NCBI GenBank assembly: GCA_003194435.1
Contig: PQXC01000001.1
Coordinates: forward strand, 70,991-134,990
DNA from: Candidatus Methanophagaceae archaeon
GTDB taxonomy: Archaea > Halobacteriota > Syntropharchaeia > Alkanophagales > Methanospirareceae
Length of the DNA: 64,000 bases
Direction: 5' to 3'
The notes beneath the pieces were generated by a model, which saw only the letters and a program-made list of their open reading frames with translations, made no database searches and had not been told where the DNA came from. Shown here in pieces: positions 18,191 to 28,182 of the stretch. The translations under genes were made by a program, and so were the position numbers. How positions within the stretch are numbered: position 1 is the stretch's first letter; each line of letters opens with the position of its first letter.

Positions 18191-20034
18191 TCCTTATACT
18201 TATACGCTATGGGATAACCCGATATTACAGGGTAGAAGAGGAAGAAGAGAACCGCAATCGAAATAAGAAAAGCAATAACCACACATTTAAAGAAGAGACC
18301 TTTTCTCCCTGATAACCCTTTCTTTTCTAAAAAAGTTGTCCAATAAGTGAGTGCAAATATCATAAACGGCACATCGGGCGCAAAATGATAGATGAACAGG
18401 GTTCTCGTGATAAGTGCATAAGGAATCCATTGTAACAGAAAAGGAATGAGAATGAAGAGGGAAACAAAACTACACTCCCTTTTCCTTATTATATCAGCTA
18501 CGAACTTTACCGCGATAAAAATCAATGCAGGAATACTGCACCACCATATCGCCGGATTGCCGAGCAAAACAATTGTCGAAACCATTGCTGTTCCGTCCAA
18601 AGTATTGGTATTAGAATAAGAATACATCCAGAGCGGTTTAAGCATAAGGGGCCAGGACCACCAGGGCGAAGAGAAAGGATGTGTCGCTGTATTTCCTGCA
18701 TGGTATCCAAACATGCCCAATTGCAGATCGAAGACGGTTAGTGGTGTGGGAGGGGTGATACTCATATTGCATCCGGACATGTATTTGGATATGTATTCCA
18801 TATACAGCGGAAACCTGTGAATATCCAGCAGCCCATGTCCACCACCCGAAAGCATGTATGGAATGTAGGTTGTGATATAAATAGCAGCGGAAACGAACAG
18901 TCCCGCTAAAACAATTTTATAATCATCGAAAATCGGCTTTTTATTTCTACAGTTGCTAATCAATAAAAGAATCAAAATTGCTACTAAACCAAATACCGCC
19001 GTCCATTTCACAGCGAAGCAAAGACCGAAGAAAATGATGCTGAGAAAAAGAGAAGTGGATATTCTCCTTTTTTCGCTCTCTCCTTCCTCTTCCCGCTTTG
19101 AGAAGTAATCGAAGGCGAAATAAAACATTAATAAAGAGAAAAGGAGGATATAGATTTCCCCAGTCGCCAACCTTGCCAGAGAGAAATGCATAAACTCGAA
19201 GGTCATGAGGTAAGCAGCGAAGAAGCCTGCTGCTGAGCTTTTAAACATGCGTTTACCAAAAAGAAACATTATCGGTATCATCGTAGCAGCGGCTAAAACG
19301 CCTAAAATACGCCAGCCAAATGGATTCATCCCGAAACACAAAATGCCAAAGGCTATTATGAGCTTCCCAAGCGGTGGATGTGTCCATTCATAAGGCTCCT
19401 CAAGATTTAAATGCTCCTTTGCGGTTCGCACAAAATACATCTCGTCAAAGTAAGCGCCATATTTTTGCGTTATCGGGAGTTTCACAAGGTCTTGCTCATC
19501 AACCAATCTCGAAGCATTTTCTCCGCTTACCTCTACCGGCTTTATCTTTTTATTATTCGCGGATATTACCAACATCTCACCTATTTTTCCTTTTGATTCC
19601 ACTACATCGAACGATACCACAACTCGGTTGAAAGTTCGATTATATCGTTTTTTACCTTCTAATTCTGTCATATTGAACACGAACTTGAGAAATCTTGTGC
19701 TTTCATTCCCTAAATCAATTCTTTCCCAGGAGCAGAAATGCACACGCTTTGCAGGGTCATTGTCATAAGATGCGAGAATTGACCAGTTATCCGGTGGTGT
19801 CCCTCCAAAGATATCGAACTTCGTTCGTTTCGCATCCGCCAGGAAAATATAAACCTCTTTTATTTGCTGAACACTGCCGAAATCCAAAACAACTTCTGGT
19901 TCTTTGTCCGCGGACGGTGGCTGCCAGCAGGAAGAAGGCATCATGACAGAGCCCATGTTAAGAGAGGCAAAAAGCAAAAACAGGATTGTAAGTGCTGTTA
20001 TTGATGCGATTTCCAAACATGTTATTCCTTTCAT
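18157..20034 (-). CDS. GT39/PMT-family (dolichyl-phosphate-mannose protein mannosyltransferase-like) polytopic membrane glycosyltransferase with an N-terminal extracytoplasmic domain.
   Basis: 'DEMYFVRTAKEHLNLEEPYEWTHPPLGKLIIAFGILCFG...FGWRILGVLAA' matches the PMT signature (DE..F...A......HPPL.K). Signal/TM at the N-terminus, then a ~180-aa soluble domain, then many TM helices. Confidence 0.6.
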   Translation of the reverse strand: MKGITCLEIASITALTILFLLFASLNMGSVMMPSSCWQPPSADKEPEVVLDFGSVQQIKEVYIFLADAKRTKFDIFGGTPPDNWSILASYDNDPAKRVHFCSWERIDLGNESTRFLKFVFNMTELEGKKRYNRTFNRVVVSFDVVESKGKIGEMLVISANNKKIKPVEVSGENASRLVDEQDLVKLPITQKYGAYFDEMYFVRTAKEHLNLEEPYEWTHPPLGKLIIAFGILCFGMNPFGWRILGVLAAATMIPIMFLFGKRMFKSSAAGFFAAYLMTFEFMHFSLARLATGEIYILLFSLLMFYFAFDYFSKREEEGESEKRRISTSLFLSIIFFGLCFAVKWTAVFGLVAILILLLISNCRNKKPIFDDYKIVLAGLFVSAAIYITTYIPYMLSGGGHGLLDIHRFPLYMEYISKYMSGCNMSITPPTPLTVFDLQLGMFGYHAGNTATHPFSSPWWSWPLMLKPLWMYSYSNTNTLDGTAMVSTIVLLGNPAIWWCSIPALIFIAVKFVADIIRKRECSFVSLFILIPFLLQWIPYALITRTLFIYHFAPDVPFMIFALTYWTTFLEKKGLSGRKGLFFKCVVIAFLISIAVLFFLFYPVISGYPIAYKYKESLRWLSGWTF

Positions 20035-20406
20035 TTATACCCAACAAAAAGCATGTATTTAGTGCCTATGCCGTCGCAAGCACGTAGAACACTTCGCTAA
20101 CGATGCCGAAATATTACCGGTACTGCCACAGTTCCACGCAATTTACCCCTTATTATCTTCAGATTATGAGCTGATATAGAGGGGCAATAGCCACGCCACT
20201 ATCGTTCCTACCCTACCAGACCCACAGCGGGCAAAACCCTCTACCTCTATAACCATTGGATTTTATGCCATATTTTCTCTTCTTCTCTTCTTCCGTGGCT
20301 GGTCATGCTATCAACTCTTTAGCCATCCCCACTATTTTATCAAAATCTTCACGGTTGGCTCTGTACTTCGCAAACTCAACCATTCCACACAGATCAAGGC
20401 ATTTAT

Positions 20407-21780
20407 TCACCTTTGAATTGAATACGTTTCAGTGTCCGTTCTGCCTTTCAGAGCATTCATCAACTCAGTATTTAGCAGTTCTCTTTTAATACCGAGTTTG
20501 TGCGAGAAATAGAAGCGGATTGCCTTTGATACCTTCTCGTATGCGTCCTTCTCTCTGCCATTCCTGAATAAGTGCTCTGCTTCTTCAATAAATCTTCTTG
20601 CCTCGCGCACGTAGTCAACACTTTGTGCAGACTCTACGGCAATGGTGGGCTGTGGCTGTATCTCTTTTCGCCTCGCTTTTTTAAGATATTTATCAAAGAT
20701 AAACCACCCGGTTGCAATTACTCCTGTGAGGGGTATGAGGAGAAGTAGCCACCAGGGACTGCCGCGCTGCTCTTCCTTATGCCCATGCTCGGATATGGTT
20801 TCCAGAGTAACATTCTGAATAGTTCCGTTGATATAATCCGCTTTGATTCTTCGCTCAGCACCTGTGCTCTCATTCCTGTAAGGTATAGTTACCTGTGTAT
20901 GGTTCTGAGATACGAGATTAAAAGAAGCTGGTGTCTGATTAAACCCTGCATTCCTTAATTGTTTATCGTATTTCACGAAATCAGGGTTTTTGGCAAGCTC
21001 CTTCCGTATTTGCTCTTCTTGCTCCTTATGCTGCTGCATCTCCTTTTCCAGCTCTTTTTTCAATTTACCCCCATTCTGACTGATTTGATTGTTCGTTATG
21101 CGCTTTTCTATACTCTCTTGATGCTGCTGCCCGCCTGAGCCTGATTGCGATTGTTGTTTGTTGCCATAGCTGTGAGTGGAACTGCCAATCTGGATATTGA
21201 AGGAGCCACCGGAGGAGGAATAAGAAGTGGAATGGATATAAGTGCCATTGCATTGATAAATAGTGGTAATGCCCTGCGTCTGCTGACCCTGCAGCTGCTG
21301 CTGGCTGTTATTAGCCTTCACCTGAATGTCCAGCGTGTTTGATTCTACCGTTTCGCGTTTGCCCGTTTCTGGATTGGTGTAAGTTATCTTTGCCGCGTCC
21401 AGTGTGTATTTACCGGGTTTAAATGGCACTATCGGGTCGCTGTATGCAAATACCGATTCTTCCTTTGCGGGCAGTGTATATTCAAGGCATCTTATGTCCA
21501 GCCCGTTATTTCCGATAACGTTCCGATCCACAATTCGAAGAGGTATCGGCTGCTTAAAGGGGTTCTTAAACTGAAGCTTAACGATAACCTTATCTCCGAC
21601 TTTTATGTTATCCGCATTTTCAACGACTTTATGTACGACAAGCGTCTTCGTCGCTGCTGCTGCCGCTACCGCTGACGTTGATGCTGCCGTGACACCGAAT
21701 AGAAATGCAGAAATCAGGAGCAAGACTATCGCCTTCTTCCTTTTGCTTCTCTCTATGCTTATGCCCATCTCATATCTCAT
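20407..21780 (-). CDS. Membrane-anchored protein with an N-terminal signal peptide, a Gln/Ser-rich low-complexity region, a single TM helix near the C-terminus and a DUF4129-like cytoplasmic tail (BatD-like).
   Basis: Start probably at 'MRYEMGISIERSKRKKAIVLLLISAFLFGV', which overlaps the batA stop (ATGA). TM 'WWLLLLIPLTGVIATGWFIF'. Assignment is by architecture only. Confidence 0.4.
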   Translation of the reverse strand: MRYEMGISIERSKRKKAIVLLLISAFLFGVTAASTSAVAAAAATKTLVVHKVVENADNIKVGDKVIVKLQFKNPFKQPIPLRIVDRNVIGNNGLDIRCLEYTLPAKEESVFAYSDPIVPFKPGKYTLDAAKITYTNPETGKRETVESNTLDIQVKANNSQQQLQGQQTQGITTIYQCNGTYIHSTSYSSSGGSFNIQIGSSTHSYGNKQQSQSGSGGQQHQESIEKRITNNQISQNGGKLKKELEKEMQQHKEQEEQIRKELAKNPDFVKYDKQLRNAGFNQTPASFNLVSQNHTQVTIPYRNESTGAERRIKADYINGTIQNVTLETISEHGHKEEQRGSPWWLLLLIPLTGVIATGWFIFDKYLKKARRKEIQPQPTIAVESAQSVDYVREARRFIEEAEHLFRNGREKDAYEKVSKAIRFYFSHKLGIKRELLNTELMNALKGRTDTETYSIQR

Positions 21781-22751
21781 ACAACCACCCTGTACTTGCC
21801 ATAGATAATATAAATATTCACTAATAACATTATAAAAGTTGCGATAAAGAACCAATCCTTTATGCTGGTCTCTTCCCACTCTCGCTTTATGTGCCCGCTG
21901 ATACGTGCGTAAATCTCATCCAGCGTCTTTTCATTCACTGACTTGTAGTATTTCCCGCCGGTATCCGCGGCGATTTTCTTCAACGTCTGTTCATCAAGCT
22001 CGGCATACTGCGGATTGCCAAAGAGGTCGTAGCCAATGACCACCGGTTTCTCAGAGCCCAGTCCAACGGTATAAACCTGTACGCCATTTGTTTTCGCGAA
22101 CTGAATTGCCTCCTGTGGACTCACAACACCTGCATTGTTCACCCCGTCACTCAGTAAAATAACTACTTTCTTCTTGTTTGGGATAGAAGTAGCCATGTCA
22201 ATAGCGAGGGCGAGACCATCACCGATAGCAGTTCGTCCTGTTCGCGGTTCTATCGCCTCTAATTTCTCTATTGCCTTATCCTTAAAAGGGGTGAGATAAC
22301 AGGCTGTTGTCGCACCGGATTCGAATACAACGATACCCACATTATCTTTCGGTTTCAAGCTCTTTATAAGCGTTTTGGCTGCTGCTTTCGCGGCTTCTAA
22401 TCTCGTTGGCTTATAATCGGTTGCCTGCATACTCCCGGAATCATCAATTGCCAGGACCACGTTAACGCCCTTCTTAGCGCGCTTGAGAGGAATCATCGGG
22501 TCGGCAAGACCAACGATAATCAATGCCATAGCGATGACAAGGATGATAAAAGGCAGATGAGCCCTGAATTTGGTGCTACGTTTGGTTCTATTACTTGTGG
22601 CTGAAGCTTCTGCTTCTTTTACAATACTGAAGGTACTGAATTTCAGAGCCGCTTCTTTACGCTTCTTGCAATAAATCCGGTAAAAATAGTATAGCAGGGG
22701 GATAATCCCCAGAAATAGCAACACCCACGGCTCTCCAAAACTCATGCCCAT
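21777..22751 (-). CDS. von Willebrand factor A domain membrane protein (BatA-like).
   Basis: N-terminal TM pair, then the vWA MIDAS 'VVLAIDDSGSM'. 'SDGVNNAG'. C-terminal TM 'FFIATFIMLLVNIYIIY'. Confidence 0.75.
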   Translation of the reverse strand: MGMSFGEPWVLLFLGIIPLLYYFYRIYCKKRKEAALKFSTFSIVKEAEASATSNRTKRSTKFRAHLPFIILVIAMALIIVGLADPMIPLKRAKKGVNVVLAIDDSGSMQATDYKPTRLEAAKAAAKTLIKSLKPKDNVGIVVFESGATTACYLTPFKDKAIEKLEAIEPRTGRTAIGDGLALAIDMATSIPNKKKVVILLSDGVNNAGVVSPQEAIQFAKTNGVQVYTVGLGSEKPVVIGYDLFGNPQYAELDEQTLKKIAADTGGKYYKSVNEKTLDEIYARISGHIKREWEETSIKDWFFIATFIMLLVNIYIIYGKYRVVV

Positions 22752-22864
22752 TTTATCCTATTCTATAATAGCTATAATAGCAGGATCTTTTGATAAAGAT
22801 AGATGTAATCATATAGCAATAGTATTGGTATTAGTAAGTATTACAACTTCTGCGGAAGTGGCTG

Positions 22865-23329
22865 ATGAGAGTAGTAGTAGGAGGTACCTTTGACCCTTTG
22901 CATGACGGGCATAAGCAATTACTGAGGAAGGCGTATGAGTTGAGTGATGATGGTAATGGTAAGGGGGAGATAGTGATAGGTATAACCTCAGACCGGATGG
23001 CAGAAGCGACCAAGGCACGGCTGGTTCTCCCATATAAAGTAAGAGCTGCGAATATAGCTCAATACATGTATAGGGAATATCAGGTGCGAGTACGAACAGT
23101 GGAATTAGATAACAGATACGGCGTGACCCTGGATGAGGATGTTGATTATATAGTGATATCCCCGGAGACATACGATGTGGCAGTGGAGATAAACAAACTG
23201 AGGAAAGAGCGAGGTAAGAAGCCGATAGAGATAATAAAGGTGGAGCATACAAAGGCAGAAGATGGAAAGCCAATTGCATCGAGGAGGATAAAAGCTGGAG
23301 AGATAGATAAACACGGGCATCTGTTGTGA
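22865..23329 (+). CDS. Archaeal-type phosphopantetheine adenylyltransferase-like cytidylyltransferase-fold protein.
   Basis: 'VVVGGTFDPLHDGHKQLL' (H/TxGH nucleotidyltransferase motif). 154 aa. 4-nt overlap with the downstream acetyl-CoA synthetase gene. Confidence 0.55.
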   Translation: MRVVVGGTFDPLHDGHKQLLRKAYELSDDGNGKGEIVIGITSDRMAEATKARLVLPYKVRAANIAQYMYREYQVRVRTVELDNRYGVTLDEDVDYIVISPETYDVAVEINKLRKERGKKPIEIIKVEHTKAEDGKPIASRRIKAGEIDKHGHLL

Positions 23330-25416
23330 GCACGAGAGAAGAAATGCTTGAGCTTGATAAACTCTTCAATCCCAGGACTGTTGCGGTGGTTGGTGCCACA
23401 CCAAAAGAAGGGAAGGTGGGGAATACTATCCTCAAGAATTTAGTCGCATCAGGGACCGGGATGTTGAGCATATACGCAGTGAATCCCAAATACGACAGGA
23501 TTCAAGGTTTGAGGTGCTATCCGTCATTGAAGGAGATACAGGAGCAGGAGGAGAGTGATATTGACCTTGCTGTCATTGCGATACCAGCAGCAGGGGTGCC
23601 CAAGGTACTGGAGCAGTGTGGTGAGCGTGGCATAAAGAATGTGGTTGTCATCTCTGCGGGTTTCAAAGAGGCGGGGCGTGAAGGTGCAGTGCTCGAATCT
23701 GAGCTCATCGAGCTCGCCAGGCGCTATAAATTGAACCTCGTTGGTCCCAATTGCCTGGGTATAATAAACACGTATGCGAATTTAAATGCGACTTTTGGTA
23801 AGACCACACCAGATAGGGGCAGTATCGCATTCCTCAGTCAATCAGGCGCATTTGCACTCGCAGTTATTGATTGGGCGAAAGCAGCAAGGGTCGGCTTCAG
23901 CAAGATTGTATCACTGGGTAACAAAGCGGTGCTTGATGAGTGCCACTTCTTAGAATATCTGGCTAAAGACCCCGATACAGCAGTAATAACGATGTATCTC
24001 GAGGATGTGAGCGAAGGTAGCAGATTCATGAGCGTGGCGAGTGAAACATCGCGAACGAAACCGGTGGTGGTGATGAAGAGCGGCGTAACAGAAGCAGGAG
24101 CAAAAGCCGCTTCCAGCCACACGGGTAGCATAGCGGGCAGTGTGGAGGCATACAGGGCAGCCTTTGCGCAATCAGGCGTTGTGGAAGCGGCATCAATCCA
24201 GGAATTGTTCGATTTCTCGCTCTCACTGTCGCGAATCCGGAGTATAAAAGGTGGGATAGCAATAGTGACAAATTCCGGCGGTCCGGGCGTCATGGCTGCG
24301 GATGCAATAGAGGGGTCAGGGCTCGAACTTGCCACTTTTGAACGCGGGACGACGGAAAAACTCCACACTCTTCAGCTCGCCAATTCTTATAACCCCGTTG
24401 ATGTGCGTGGCGATGCAACAACCGATGAGTTCGGTACCGCACTGAACATAGTTGCAGAAGATGGGCATGTAGGTGCGATAATTGCTATCCTCTCTCCCAC
24501 TGCACCGATAGAATTTGATAAAGCGGGTGATTATGTCGTGGCGATAAATGCAAAAAAGCCGGTCATACCGGTATTCATGGGTGGCGAGACGGTAATGAGC
24601 GCAGTTGAAGCGCTTAAGAAGCACGGTATTGCGAATTATTTCGACCCCGTGAGGGCGGTGGAGAGCCTCAGGGCTGTAAGGGACTACGAAGAGCGGCATG
24701 AACGGGTATCTGAGCCACCTCCGCATTTCAATGTTGATACAGAGCGTGTCAGGGAGCAGATACGGCATAAACCGGGCTTTGAGTTACTGAAAGCGTATGG
24801 CATTCCGGTACCAGCCTACGGTAAAGCGGAGACTCCGGATGAGGCGCTTGAGATCGCTGATAGGATTGGCTATCCAGTGGCAATGAAGATTATCTCTCCT
24901 GACATAATTCATAAAACGGATGTGGGGTGTGTGAAGCTCAATGTGAACAGGAATAAGGTAAAAGAGAGTTTCTTCGAGATTATGCGCAGGGGTGAGAAAT
25001 ACACAACTGCAAGACGGATAGAAGGTGTTCTCGTGCAGCAGATGGTTGAGGGCGGTAAGGAGGTGATAATAGGTATGAAGCGTGACAGGCACTTTGGTCC
25101 ACTGCTCATGTTTGGATTGGGCGGGATTTATGTGGAAGTCTTCAGGGATGTCTCATTCAGGATTGCACCCCTGAGTATGAGTGATGCGAAGGAGATGATA
25201 AGGGATGTCAGGGCATACCGGATATTGCATGGCGTAAGAGGCGAGCCCATGTCCGATATAGATTCACTCGTCAATGTCCTGCTCAGGTTCTCGCAGTTAT
25301 GTGTGGAGTTTCCTGAGATACTGGAAGCGGATTTGAATCCAATCAAGGTATTTGAGCATGGTAAAGGCTGCTATGTGGTTGATTTCAAGATGATAAGTAG
25401 CGATTCCCACTTTTGA
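23326..25416 (+). CDS. acd: Acetyl-CoA synthetase (ADP-forming), fused alpha/beta (NDP-forming acyl-CoA synthetase family).
   Basis: CoA-binding Rossmann 'PRTVAVVGATPKEGKVG'. Succinyl-CoA-synthetase-like 'NLVGPNCLGIIN'. Catalytic His loop 'SHTGSIAG'. C-terminal ATP-grasp. 696 aa. Confidence 0.85.
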   Translation: MSTREEMLELDKLFNPRTVAVVGATPKEGKVGNTILKNLVASGTGMLSIYAVNPKYDRIQGLRCYPSLKEIQEQEESDIDLAVIAIPAAGVPKVLEQCGERGIKNVVVISAGFKEAGREGAVLESELIELARRYKLNLVGPNCLGIINTYANLNATFGKTTPDRGSIAFLSQSGAFALAVIDWAKAARVGFSKIVSLGNKAVLDECHFLEYLAKDPDTAVITMYLEDVSEGSRFMSVASETSRTKPVVVMKSGVTEAGAKAASSHTGSIAGSVEAYRAAFAQSGVVEAASIQELFDFSLSLSRIRSIKGGIAIVTNSGGPGVMAADAIEGSGLELATFERGTTEKLHTLQLANSYNPVDVRGDATTDEFGTALNIVAEDGHVGAIIAILSPTAPIEFDKAGDYVVAINAKKPVIPVFMGGETVMSAVEALKKHGIANYFDPVRAVESLRAVRDYEERHERVSEPPPHFNVDTERVREQIRHKPGFELLKAYGIPVPAYGKAETPDEALEIADRIGYPVAMKIISPDIIHKTDVGCVKLNVNRNKVKESFFEIMRRGEKYTTARRIEGVLVQQMVEGGKEVIIGMKRDRHFGPLLMFGLGGIYVEVFRDVSFRIAPLSMSDAKEMIRDVRAYRILHGVRGEPMSDIDSLVNVLLRFSQLCVEFPEILEADLNPIKVFEHGKGCYVVDFKMISSDSHF

Positions 25417-25481
25417 GGCTCAACATCCTATCTCCTGGAATTTTTATATTAATATTAAGGCAGGCTCTCTTCATTTAGCAT

Positions 25482-26042
25482 TTGGTGATGAGCGATAAGC
25501 ATAACGAAGGACTATCCATAGAGGAGAAGATATGGAAGCTCAGCGAGCTCCATGAGCTGCTGCCACTACACAGGGTATTACTCGGGCATGATGGTTCAAT
25601 GACGCTACTGCTGGAGTTAATTGTATGCAGTGAAGTTGAACTTGCTACAATCAGGCAAACGGTGGTGCCATGCCCGGAAGGCGCAGCAGAGTTACTCGGT
25701 GTTGATGCGGGTGTAGCGGCAAATGAGCGCGATATCATCATTATGAAGAAGAGCGATAGAACGCCACTGCTTTATGCACGGTCTTATACACCACTATCGA
25801 GGTTGAAGCCCGAGTTTAAAGAAGACATGATGAAAGCAGATATCCCGATAGGCAGGATAATGCAGAAGTACAGAATAGAAGCGCGGCGGGAGATACTGGA
25901 TGTGGGCTATCTGGAGCGTGAACATCGGCTGGAATCACTACTGCAGTGCACAGCGCCATTCCTATGGCGGATATACAATATAATCACCGGTGGTAAAGTA
26001 TTAATAACAGTAAAGGAGTTTTTCCCGGTCTCGTTACCTTGA
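25482..26042 (+). CDS. Chorismate-lyase-like (UbiC fold / DUF98) protein.
   Basis: 186 aa. 'LLGHDGSMTLLLE' block resembles the UbiC-family DGS.T..LE signature. Weak call. Confidence 0.35.
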   Translation: MVMSDKHNEGLSIEEKIWKLSELHELLPLHRVLLGHDGSMTLLLELIVCSEVELATIRQTVVPCPEGAAELLGVDAGVAANERDIIIMKKSDRTPLLYARSYTPLSRLKPEFKEDMMKADIPIGRIMQKYRIEARREILDVGYLEREHRLESLLQCTAPFLWRIYNIITGGKVLITVKEFFPVSLP

Positions 26043-26699
26043 ACGTGTTACACCAATTCGCTTACAGTATTGATAAACCGGGCAAATACTGCACCTGGGA
26101 CTCAGTGGCGTGCATACGCTCCTGCCATGCAGTACGAATAGCTCATTGAGGATTATCCAGTTCTGTTCGGGTACAACCCTGCGTAATGCAAATTCGGTCT
26201 CATTCGGGTTCCTGGTTGCAACGATGCCCATGCGATTGGATATGCGATGTACGTGCGTATCAACAGCGATACCGGGTTTATTATAGCCAATTGTGAGTAC
26301 TATATTTGCGGTCTTTCGACCCACACCCCGAAGCTTCAGGAGTTCATCCAGCTCATCTGGCACCTTAGAGTTATATCGCTCAACCAGAATAGAGCAGATC
26401 TCAACGATTTGCTTCGCTTTCCGGTGATAGAACCCCACTGGATATATTGCAGACTCTATATCGTCAATTCTGAGTTTTAGCATCTCTTCGGGCGTCTTCG
26501 CTAACGAGAACAAGCGCTCTGCCGCTTTTAATGTCACTTCATCATGGGTTCTCAGACTCAACAGGCATGAAATGAGTGTCAGAAACGGGTCGCCCCTCGT
26601 TGCAGGCGCCATAAGTAACGAGCTCCCCGCACGGTATCGCTTCTTCAATATCTGTATCACCTTCTCTACATCTGTATCTGTGCCCGTATCCGTATCCAT
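26034..26699 (-). CDS. nth: Endonuclease III (HhH-GPD DNA glycosylase with a 4Fe-4S cluster).
   Basis: HhH 'LLKLRGVGRKTANIVL'. GPD region 'VDTHVHRISNRMG'. C-terminal C-x6-C-x2-C-x5-C 'CTPLSPRCSICPVYQYC'. N-terminus starts with a Thr/Asp repeat (TDTGTDTD). Confidence 0.8.
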   Translation of the reverse strand: MDTDTGTDTDVEKVIQILKKRYRAGSSLLMAPATRGDPFLTLISCLLSLRTHDEVTLKAAERLFSLAKTPEEMLKLRIDDIESAIYPVGFYHRKAKQIVEICSILVERYNSKVPDELDELLKLRGVGRKTANIVLTIGYNKPGIAVDTHVHRISNRMGIVATRNPNETEFALRRVVPEQNWIILNELFVLHGRSVCTPLSPRCSICPVYQYCKRIGVTRSR

Positions 26700-26782
26700 A
26701 TCTATATCTGTATTAATCTCTCAATCTCTCTCATTGATTTGATTCCGTATGGGCTGGTATGGGATGAGTACAGCATCGTTCA

Positions 26783-27820
26783 TCATCGCCTGTGATAGAC
26801 CTTCCTCACGGGCCACGAAATCTCTATCCCCTCTTCATCATAGCGTCTCTTCAGCGCCTTTATGAACTCATGCATAACCAGATATTTAGCTGTCGGTTCT
26901 TCAACACGGAGAATAATCGAGAAATTTATGTTCGAGTCGCCGAAGGTGTGGTATCGGATAAAGGGTTCGAAAGTCTTCACCGCTCCTGGTACAGTCTCCT
27001 GTATTCGCTTGCCCACTTCCTTTGTTACTCGCTCCACCTTGTCCAGGTCAGACTCGTAAGCCACGCCACACTGGATCACCACTGACATCTCCTGCACCGG
27101 CATTGAATTATTCACGATTGTACTATCAGCGAGTTTTGAATTCGGAACCACGACATAAGTATTTGGTAGAGTCCTTATTCTTGTAGACCGCCAGCCTATA
27201 TCCTCAACAAAACCCGATATGCCACCCTCTATATCTATGAAGTCACCAACATTTATCGGGCGGTCAGAGAGGAGATGCAGCCCCGCAAATAAGTTCGCAA
27301 GTGTGTTCTGGAGTGCCAACCCAATAGCTAAGCCACCGAGCCCGAAGGATAGAAGCAGAGGGCTTATATCTATGTCAAAATGGCGTAGAATCATAAGAGC
27401 TGCGAGCAGATAAATACCCAGTGCTACTAAATTGCTTATCAACTTCGGCATCTTCTCGAATTTCTTCTGCACTCGCAGCCACCGGCTTATCAGAATGCTG
27501 AGCACACTGGATATTACCCAAGATATTAGTATAATCATGACCACGAAATAAACACCCTTTATATAACGCGAATAGGGCGTAAGGGCAGATAGAGAAAGCA
27601 GCCCGAAATATAGCCCGATGAGGATTATTAACCCACATACCGGCTTCGTTATCATCTTCAGCATCACATCATCAATATCGGTCTTTGTGCGTGCAGCTAT
27701 GCTACGGAGGTATCTGACGATGATGAAATGCACCACCTTTGTGAGAATAAGTGAACTAAGAATGATCAATGCGAAATGAAAGTATTCGCTCTGAATCAGA
27801 CCTTCCATTCCCACTTCCAT
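26783..27820 (-). CDS. MscS-family small-conductance mechanosensitive channel.
   Basis: 3 N-terminal TM helices, then the conserved 'PINVGDFIDIEGGISGFVEDIGWRSTRIRTLPNTYVVVPNS' MscS core. Confidence 0.8.
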   Translation of the reverse strand: MEVGMEGLIQSEYFHFALIILSSLILTKVVHFIIVRYLRSIAARTKTDIDDVMLKMITKPVCGLIILIGLYFGLLSLSALTPYSRYIKGVYFVVMIILISWVISSVLSILISRWLRVQKKFEKMPKLISNLVALGIYLLAALMILRHFDIDISPLLLSFGLGGLAIGLALQNTLANLFAGLHLLSDRPINVGDFIDIEGGISGFVEDIGWRSTRIRTLPNTYVVVPNSKLADSTIVNNSMPVQEMSVVIQCGVAYESDLDKVERVTKEVGKRIQETVPGAVKTFEPFIRYHTFGDSNINFSIILRVEEPTAKYLVMHEFIKALKRRYDEEGIEISWPVRKVYHRR

Positions 27821-28182
27821 ATCTATACCTATATCTATATCATTACCTTATCTCTTTAAAAAACTTCAGTCATTCATATATTCATATTCATCATTCATTC
27901 AATGACAGAGACCGAGCCAAATAGGAACTAGGAACTCATCAAATCTCATGTGTTAGATTGAATTCCTTTATCGCTTCCTTCACTGCTGTATCACAGTAAC
28001 AGTAGCCGCAATTGTGTGGTCTCCTCAGATGACCCACGCCCACCGGGTCGGACATCGGCAATCGGCAATCCGCGAATGATCGTGCCATGAAGCCACAGGT
28101 ATTTTTAAAGAGTTTTCCGGGTATTTCGTGATCTATCTGGTATACTCTATTTCGTTTGCGTTTCCCACTCTCTCGCATACTT

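Noticed and set aside
20035-20406. 372-bp non-coding gap examined for a tRNA or other small RNA
   Set aside because: No GC-rich cloverleaf-like segment or conserved T-loop ('GTTCRANYC') seen. Only weak small ORFs. Left as intergenic/promoter region.
22809-23489. 226-aa ORF on the minus strand
   Set aside because: Fully antisense to the well-supported PPAT-like and acd genes. Low-complexity Leu/Ser composition. Spurious.
23838-25346. Multiple minus-strand ORFs (72-176 aa) within 23.8-25.4 kb
   Set aside because: All antisense to the acd gene. Spurious.
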